Positions 56,301 through 64,000 of a stretch of DNA of 64,000 nt are shown in pieces. Made by a program: the position numbers and the translations under genes. Source of the DNA: Macrostomum hystrix. Taxonomy: Eukaryota > Animalia > Platyhelminthes. The notes beneath the pieces were generated by a model. It saw only the letters and a list, made by a program, of their open reading frames with translations, ran no database searches and was not told where the DNA came from. Position 1 is the first letter of the stretch, and each line of letters starts with the position of its first letter. Location: positions 1,674,001-1,738,000 of the forward strand of contig CATNEN010000030.1 of NCBI GenBank assembly GCA_950097015.1. Reading direction: 5' to 3'.

Positions 56301-59300
56301 ACAGTATCTAACAGCTTCCTACAGTATCTAACAGTTTCTCACAGTGTCTAACAGTTTCCCACAGTGTCTAATAGTTTCCCACAGTGTCTAACAGTTTCCC
56401 ACAGTGTCTAACAGCTTCCCACAGTGTCTAACAGTTTCCCACAGTGTCTAACAGCTTCCCACAGTGTCTAACAGTTTCCCACAGTGTCTAATAGTTTCCC
56501 ACAGTGTCTAACAGTTTCCTACAGTATCTAACAGTTTCCTACAGTGTCTAATAGTTTCCCAGTGTCTAACAGCTTTGCATAGTGTCTAACACTTTCTCAA
56601 TCGTCAAAGGTTTTTGCTAACAATCTGAAATCCAGTAATTATTGTAACGGCCATTGTGTTGCCTAACAGGCTCTGTGTATCTAACAGCAATCCGGCTGTC
56701 TAACGGGCCCCAACCTCGAACAAGTCGCCAATGAGGCCGAAGCGCAGCACGGTCACGAAGCACTGGCTCAGGTCCGAGCAGAACATGAGGCCGCCGAAGC
56801 CGCGGCGCAGTCTGGCGAAGGCCAGCACGGAGAACAGGTACATGATGGCGATGCCCAGCACCGACACCCAGATTAGTGAGAGTCCTGGAACAGTTTAGCA
56901 TGGAATTGACGAAATGAATGCCTTATATTCTACTATAAGTAGTAGTCTACTAGTAGCGTCTTATTTCGTGGAATGGGGAGTCTATCCTAATTTCTGTCCC
57001 ATGCTGCTGTTGGTACCAATTTTACAACTGGGTGAACTGAAGCACTTGGGTCTTGCTCAAGGAATCAAATTGCTTCTTCTGGGCTGAGATTCGAACTACC
57101 GTCCTCTTAGCCAGAAGATACTGAAGCTCTAGCCACTTGGCTACTAGCTCCCTTAATAGTCAGCAAAGACCATAGACCATGAGCAGAAAGAGGCCAAGAA
57201 TCCGGAAAGACTCGCTCACTCCCTAAATAGTCAGTTTAGACCATAGACTGTGAGTAGAGAGGCAAAATATCCGGAAAGACACGCTTACCGTTCATGGTGA
57301 CAGCCTGAATGACTCCCTGCAGCAGCTGGTTGTTGTTGACCATATTCAGCAGGTGGAAGGCGAAGAAGTAGGGACAGTAGAAGGTGCCAGCAAATGAGCA
57401 GGCGGCAAACACCAGGTAGTAAAGTGTGGCGATGGAGAAGAGGTTAACGGCCAGCTTGTTGCCACCGGCGCTGCCGCGGCCGTCGCGCGATTCAGCAGGG
57501 TCGTCCTCGTCGGCGGCCTTGACACGGCGGAGGCTGCGCAGACGGTCGCGAAGTCGACGCAAATTCGGCGGCTCCGGATGATTGGCGACGAAGAATGTGA
57601 GCAGGATGATGATAGACAGGATGTCCATTGTGTAGGCGAATGCGTCTTTCCACATCTCCAGGTTCGGGTACTGCGGCTTCCAGCGGGCTGTTTCGCTGGT
57701 AGGTTTTATAAATTAATTTAAATAATGACAGAAATTGCTGCTTCACAGTTTTCTTCTGATTCGATTTTGCTGGCTTCATTTTATCCACAATAGTTCACAT
57801 TCGATTTCGATTTGATCTAAACAAGATCATTTTTGATTGGTAAAAACTTTACCAGATTCGATTGAACTAAACTAGATCAATTTAATTGGTCAGGACTAAA
57901 TCAATTTGATTGGTCCTGACTAGATCGATTTAAATTGGTCCAGACTAGATCGGTTTTTATTGGTCCAGACTAGATCGATTTTAATTGGTCCAGACTAGAT
58001 CGGTTTTAATTGGTCTCAGCTAGACCGCTTATAATTGGTCCAAACTAGATAGATTTTAATTGGTCCAGAATAGATAGCTTTCTGTGGTCCAGACTAGACA
58101 AGTTTTAATTCGTTAGGCTCAAATCTTTCAAGCGCTCGAGCGTACTCACTTAGAAGGAACTGAGAACAGGCTGATGTCCGCCAGCATTGTGGGCTCATTG
58201 GTGGCCTCTAGGCCAATCAGCATGATCAGGTTGATGATGACAGCAGTCAGTGTGGCTGCGTGGTTCCAGATCAGCCACAGTCGAGTCAGCAGGATGGTGA
58301 ATGGATTCGACAACACCTTTTTCTGGTAGTGAATGTCCTTCAGGATGGCCTTAGTCCAGTCCATGAAGTCGCGAATTTTCGTACTAGGCGAAGATCTGTC
58401 CACATTCCATTTGAGCTTCTCCTTGAGCTCTTCGCGGAGCACATTCTGCGGGAGTTGGGAATTGACAGAATGTACTTGCGGCTTTCTTTTTAGCTCGCGA
58501 GTCTGTTACGCTTGCCTTATTCCTGACCCGGAAGTGGACCTTCTGCAGGTTGTCATTCTTCAGCATCTCGATTGTCATTGCGTTCTTTTTGAAGAATTTG
58601 AACGCCTTCTGCTGAGCCTCGCTGATCTGCAATTCTGGATTTGGGAGGGGCGGAGACAGCTCGAGTCACTCTCTGAAGAATTCCCGGTGGATGAAAGATG
58701 AGAAGAGGATGGAGGGGATTGAAGAGAAGAGGATGTGAAAGAAGATAGGCGAGAAGTGCATGGGAGAGAAGTGCACGGGAGAGAACTGCATGGGAGAGAA
58801 GTGCACGGGAGAGAACTGCATGGGAGAGAAGTGCATGGGAGAGAATTGCATGGGAGAGAAGTGCATGGGAGAGAAGTGCATGGGAGAGAAGTGCATGGGA
58901 GAGAAGTGCATGGGAGAGAAGTGCATGGGAGAGAAGTTCATGGGAGAGAAGTGCATGGGAGAGAAGTGCATGGGAGAGAAGTTCATGGGAGAGAACTGCA
59001 TGGGAGAGAAGTGCATGATGGGAAGATGATGCGCTTAAATTATTTTTAATGGAATTGAGACAAGTACGTCTTGAGTTGGCAGATAGGCCCAAGACAGTAT
59101 AGACCTATTTTGACATGTACGAGTTACCATAGCGAGGTAATGAAATATAATTAAAATTACTATTAAATTTTCTCATAATAAAACGACAGTGCAGTGTTTG
59201 AGGAATGCTGATTGATAATGTTTTATCAATGTCGCTACAGTTAACTTTATTCATTTTATTTTAACTTTGTCTTCTATTGCTGCCTAAAGCTACTCATTGG

Positions 59301-62300
59301 ATTTCTCATAACTCATATTATTTACTTCTTCTCTTAAGCACATTGTCTTATGCATAGCAGGATAGAATATAACCGTGAGAAAGTTAATTTAATACATTAG
59401 GCATAAAATAATTGTTAATACACATGTCACAGTAGAACAAAGAGTAACTGGGCAAGACTTAGTCAAAACGGAAAACTCCAACCATAATACTAAAGGCTAG
59501 GCGAGATTGACAAATTAAAATTACCTCGTCCGTACGGGTCTGAGTCTGCAACAACGGTGGGGCAGGAATGTTAAAATGGGGAGTCATAGGTGGGATTAGG
59601 TAAGGATGCACACAGAAGAGGTTAGAGGAGGCACAACAATGACGCAAGCTATGTACTTGAATTAGTCAGGTTTGAATTGGCTAGGTCGTGAATGCTGATC
59701 CATTATTTGTGTGGTCTACCTTTCTTTCCCATTGTCGGGTCGATGTCGTACAGGCGAGCGAGGATGACATAGAAGGAGAAGCCAACGTCGCACATGGCTT
59801 CTTTCAGCTCGCGGTCGTCCTCTTTTTTCTAAAATCAAATCAGATTAGCTATCCGTATAGCTCATCAAAGGACAGGTTGGATGTCTCATCAAAGGACAGG
59901 TTGGATGTCTCATCAAAGGACAGGTTGGGTGTCTCATCAAAGGACAGGTTGGATGTCTCATCAAAGGACAGGTTGGGTGTCTCATCAAAGGACAGGTTGG
60001 ATGTCTCATCAAAGGACAGGTTGGGTGTCTCATCAAAGGACAGGTTGGGTGTCTCATCAAAGGACAGGTTGGATGTCTCATCAAAGGACAGGTTGGATGT
60101 CCCATCAAAGGACAGGTTGGGTGTCTCATCAAAGGACAGGTTGGGTGTCTCATCAAAGGACAGGTTGGGATGTCTCATCAAAGGACAGGTTGGGTGTCTC
60201 ATCAAAGGACAGGTTGGGTGTCTCATCAAAGGACAGGTTGGATGTCTCATCAAAGGACAGGTTGGGTGTCTCATCAAAGGACAGGTTGGATGTCTCATCA
60301 AAGGACAGGTTGGGTGTCTCATCAAAGGACAGGTTGGATGTCTCATCAAAGGACAGGTTGGGATGTCTCATCAAAGGACAGGTTGGGTGTCTCATCAAAG
60401 GACAGGTTGGATGTCTCATCAAAGGACAGGTTGGGTGTCTCATCAAAGGACAGGTTGGGTGTCTCATCAAAGGACAGGTTGGATGTCTCATCAAAGGACA
60501 GGTTGGATGTCTCATCAAAGGACAGGTTGGGTGTCTCATCAAAGGACAGGTTGGGTGTCTCATCAAAGGACAGGTTGGGTGTCTCATCAAAGGACAGGTT
60601 GGAGGTTGGATGTCTCATCAAAGGACAGGTTGGGTGTCTCATCAAAGGACAGGTTGGGTGTTTCATCAAAGGACAGGTTGGTGTCTCATCAAAGGACAGG
60701 TTGGGATGTCTCATCAAAGGACAGGTTGGATGTCTCATCAAAGGACAGGTTGGGTGTCTCATCAAAGGACAGGTTGGGTGTCTCATCAAAGGACAGGTTG
60801 GGTGTCCCATCAAAGGACAGGTTGGATGTCTCATCAAAGGACAGGTTGGATGTCTCATCAAAGGACAGGTTGGGTGTCTCATCAAAGGACAGGTTGGGTG
60901 TCTCATCAAAGGACAGGTTGGATGTCTCATCAAAGGACAGGTTGGATGTCTCATCAAAGGACAGGTCGGGTGTCTCATCAAAGGACAGGTTGGATGTCTC
61001 ATCAAAGGACAGGTTGGATGTCTCATCAAAGGACAGGTTGGATGTCTCATCAAAGGACAGGTTGGATGTCTCATCAAAGGACAGGTTGGGTGTCTCATCA
61101 AAGGACAGGTTGGGTGTCTCATCAAAGGACAGGTTGGGTGTCTCATCAAAGGACAGGTTGGGTGTCTCATCAAAGGACAGGTTGGGTGTCTCATCAAAGG
61201 ACAGGTTGGGTGTCTCATCAAAGGACAGGTTGGGTGTCTCATCAAAGGACAGGTTGGGTGTCTCATCAAAGGACAGGTTGGGTGTCTCATCAAAGGACAG
61301 GTTGGGTGTCTCATCAAAGGACAGGTTGGATGTCTCATCAAAGGACAGGTTGGGTGTCTCATCAAAGGACAGGTTGGATGTCTCATCAAAGGACAGGTTG
61401 GGTGTCTCATCAAAGGACAGGTTGGATGTCTCATCAAAGGACAGGTTGGGTGTCTCATCAAAGGACAGGTTGGGTGTCTCATCAAAGGACAGGTTGGGTG
61501 TCCCATCAAAAGACAGGTGATTTCAGGTGAGGTCAATTGTCGATGACTTCAGCCAGACGCCCACGCTACAGTGCTAGGCAGTGGCTCACAAAAAGTCGCA
61601 CAAGGAAGCCGCCATCTTTGCTAGTCCGCTGCTGGGCCTCATAGCACTCGGACATTGCCCGGTAGAGCGCTCCCTTGTCCAGGGTGTCCTTCACCTCCCT
61701 GGCAATCACGAGCGCTTCGGGTGAGTTCTCCTCGATGAGCGATATCACCAGGTTGGCAATGGTCTGGCGCAGCTGAACCACCTGTTGAGGCTCGCAATTT
61801 TCAAAGTCCGAGCTGCGCAGAATGAAGTTAATGTAGTCAATGATTTTGTTGTCGTACACTGTGGCGCGATTCTCTTGGTTGCCCTGAAATGTTTTTTTTG
61901 GTATTTCCAGAGTTCTCAGTTTTGGCCTAGCAACAAATATACGAGCTAGAAAATGCGCTTTTACTCGCATTAACAGTAGAAAGACCACACCATTTCCCCT
62001 GGAGAAAGATTTCAAACACCCACTGCCTACTTCACCATAGCTTCCAAACCGAATGACCGATGACCGTGAAAGTCCACCATTTGGATAAAAAATCTTTCGC
62101 CTTCTATGAAAGGAAAACTTTGAAAGTCGTCCGACGTCGGCATCGCCGAGATATTCAGCAATTCTTGTCGAAGACCCCGGTGACAAGGACAACTATGCAG
62201 ATGTTTTGATTCTGGAGTCGTTTCATCGGATGGAGCGGAAAAGTTTAGCCTGCGTTCTGGATTTTCATGACGGTTGGTTGAATATTTTGGGAGATACAGA

Positions 62301-63717
62301 ACAAAGATAATGTGGGTGTTTGAAATCCCCCCTCTGGTCTTTGTTCTGATAAAAGGGCGTCGAAAAAGATAATCGAAATAGCTCTCGGGCTTGCTCTAGT
62401 AGTGTCTAAGACCGTAACAGGGTACAATTATACTTGTCGCGGTTGTTGTTTTTGTTGTCTTTGGACAATTTTTGCTGTTTTTGGACAATTTTTGCTGTCT
62501 TTGGCCAGTTTTCGGACTTGGCTCTAAAATAAGTTCTTGCTCTTCTGAAAGTTTAAAGTCAGCGGTGTACTTTTAAGAAGAGATTTTCGTTGAGCACGGC
62601 ACTCACAGCGCAGAACTCGTTGACCGTTGAGAACAGCTGGATGAGCAAGTCGATGGTGTCCCCGTTGATATTAGAGTAGGCAACATTGATAAACTGGGAT
62701 ACCTCGGCAACTATGTTGAACGACTTGATATTGTCCGGCTGTTCCCTGAGGTAGTTCTGCAGGCCAAAGTGTTGGCCGTCGCAGATGCTGGCTAGCACCT
62801 TCAGCACGAGGGCGATGTAGCCGTCGTCCTTCATGGAGATGGTCTCGTCATCTTCTTGTGCTTTGCCAGCTACATTGTTGTCCTATAGTTGAAGGCGCAT
62901 TGTTTGGATCATGGGGGCTCTGACCAGGCATAGGTGACAACTATGACAGAGAAGTTCTCGCCAATCTGCTCGTCTGAATTCCCACATTGATAATGATAGA
63001 TGAAGACCCATTTAAGACAGATTATCCAAAGAAATCAGCTCACAGGCTCAGCACCAGCCTCGGCTCCGGCCGAGTCGTCGTCGAGCAGACTCTGCGCCAT
63101 CGGCTCCTTTCCGAGCCCATTGGCGAATGCCACCTTCTTGGCGCCGCTTCCGCTGCTCTTCCTGCAGCCGCTGCCAGCCGCCTCCTTGCCCGGCGTGTGG
63201 CCTCCAGACTCCTTGTGCCGCTTGGTGAGGAGGGACTGCGACTGCATCTTAGTGAGGCTCACCCGCCTCTGTGGAGAACGCACATTTTCCCATATTTTTT
63301 TTGACTTGGGTCGCATAAAACTAATCTATATCGATAAATTTAAACTCACCGTCAGGTCATTGTTGGCCTGCTCGATTTTCATCTCAATGCGGTACTGCTT
63401 GATTTGCTGAGGGCAAAAAATCAACGGATGATTTTGATAGTCAATCAAGTCAGTTTAAAAACAGACACGACAGCTTAATCGGGTTGCCATCCCACCTGTA
63501 AGGCCTTCACCCCCAGAGTCATTGTGGCGCGCAGATTCTGAGCCTGCGACTTGGCCTCGGACTGGCGCGCCTTCTGCTGCGAGATCAGCAGCCGGCGCTC
63601 TTTTATGTTGGCGGTGGACATTTGCAGGCGATTGCGAACGGCGTAGAAAAACACTTCCTCCTTTGTGTGCAGGAAGTAGTTGAGCATGCTCTCCTGCGGA
63701 TGAGGTTCGTTGGTCAG
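53343..63717 (-). CDS. ITPR: Inositol 1,4,5-trisphosphate receptor-like Ca2+ release channel, divergent; C-terminal ~1020 aa only, 5' part outside window
   Basis: Exons 63717-63496, 63406-63350, 63268-63044, 62882-62607, 61883-61590, 59828-59720, 58634-58516, 58445-58150, 57695-57289, 56884-56715, 55836-55486, 54640-54503, 54423-54142, 53459-53343; total 3063 nt, in frame. RIH-associated motif LASICDGQHFGLQNYLREQPDNIKSFNIV; LNIIFGIIVDTFSELR; CFIC..H..EHNMWAY. The last two exons are least certain. Confidence 0.9.
53525..53852. repeat. 33-bp intronic minisatellite (ITPR last intron)
   Basis: Plus unit ccttccctcaccggcagtctgtccgttccctca; sense strand carries CG|GTGAGG and AG|GTGAGG; a further partial unit at 54068-54090. 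Confidence 0.92.
53876..53952 (-). other. ~77-bp dispersed hairpin element, copy 2
   Basis: Minus strand tggcagaacggcagagctgccacctggctggctgcaggtctgctgtcaccaaatgatgtgccattgcctgcagccct, similar to 22428-22504. Confidence 0.7.
54665..55452. repeat. 20-bp intronic minisatellite (ITPR), ~39 copies
   Basis: Plus unit tgttagacaggactgataca. Confidence 0.96.
56005..56590. repeat. 20-bp intronic minisatellite (ITPR)
   Basis: Plus unit acagtgtctaacagtttccc. Confidence 0.94.
56930..57152 (-). mobile_element. tRNA-derived SINE, possibly CORE-like, in an ITPR intron
   Basis: Minus strand A-box tagccaagtgg, B-box gttcgaatc, then ccttgagcaag and ttcacccagttgtaaaattgg, which resemble conserved SINE body motifs (recalled, not searched). 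Confidence 0.6.
57880..58100. repeat. Degenerate ~26-bp intronic repeat (ITPR)
   Basis: Recurring ttttaattggtccagactagatcg. Confidence 0.8.
58755..59020. repeat. 15-bp intronic minisatellite (ITPR)
   Basis: Unit gcatgggagagaagt. Confidence 0.93.
59865..61518. repeat. 24-bp intronic minisatellite (ITPR), ~68 copies
   Basis: Unit tctcatcaaaggacaggttgggtg with tggatg variant. Confidence 0.96.
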
Positions 63718-63769
63718 CTGCTTAGTGCAGAAGCAATTCAACGGACTCCACAGTATTGTTCAGCGTGTC

Positions 63770-63945
63770 ATGACACCTCAGTGTCTGTTCAGTGTGTCAT
63801 GACACCTCAGTGTCTTTTCAGTGTGTCGTGACACCTCAGTGTCTGTTCAGTGTGTCATGACACCTCAGTGTCTGTTCAGTGTGTCATGACACCTCAGTGT
63901 CTGTTCAGTGTGTCATGACACCTCAGTGTCTGTTCAGTGTGTTAT
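63770..63945. repeat. 29-bp intronic minisatellite (ITPR) with a 12-bp palindrome
   Basis: Unit cagtgtctgttcagtgtgtcatgacacct contains gtgtcatgacac. Confidence 0.9.
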
Positions 63946-64000
63946 GAGACCATAGTACTATAAAAGGACTGAAGCCCAGGTCAGAAAAATGGGCAAACAC

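Overview
Eukaryotic (animal) genomic DNA; I found no prokaryotic features. GC-rich exons, and long introns that almost all hold their own minisatellite, resemble a free-living flatworm such as Macrostomum (inference, not verified). Seven spliced genes were reconstructed by hand with phase-consistent junctions. (1) and (3) are paralogous type I membrane proteins with two C-type-lectin-like domains, a Ser/Thr stalk and a TM helix (687-2852 and 23674-26484, the latter with about 100 PTTAA repeats). They flank (2), an 11-exon multi-CUB single-pass protein (11314-21961). (4) is a TRPM-type channel with N-terminal ankyrin repeats in place of MHR1-3 (minus, 28559-32387). (5) is a RING-less MEX-3 (minus). 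(6) is a Nemo-like kinase (42908-50998). (7) is the C-terminal ~1020 codons of a divergent IP3-receptor-like channel whose GGGVGD pore motif is collapsed to GL-IGD (minus, 53343 to beyond 63717). Also present: tRNA-Arg(CCG), a solo-LTR-like insertion with a 5-bp TSD, a MITE, LINE and SINE relics, an orphan CUB-gene exon and about 30 tandem arrays, several seeded on splice donors. The best leads are the ankyrin-TRPM chimera, the filter-remodelled IP3R-like channel and the splice-signal-seeded minisatellites. Six single-base +1 frameshifts (CUB 1, TRP 4, MEX-3 1) may be assembly errors.
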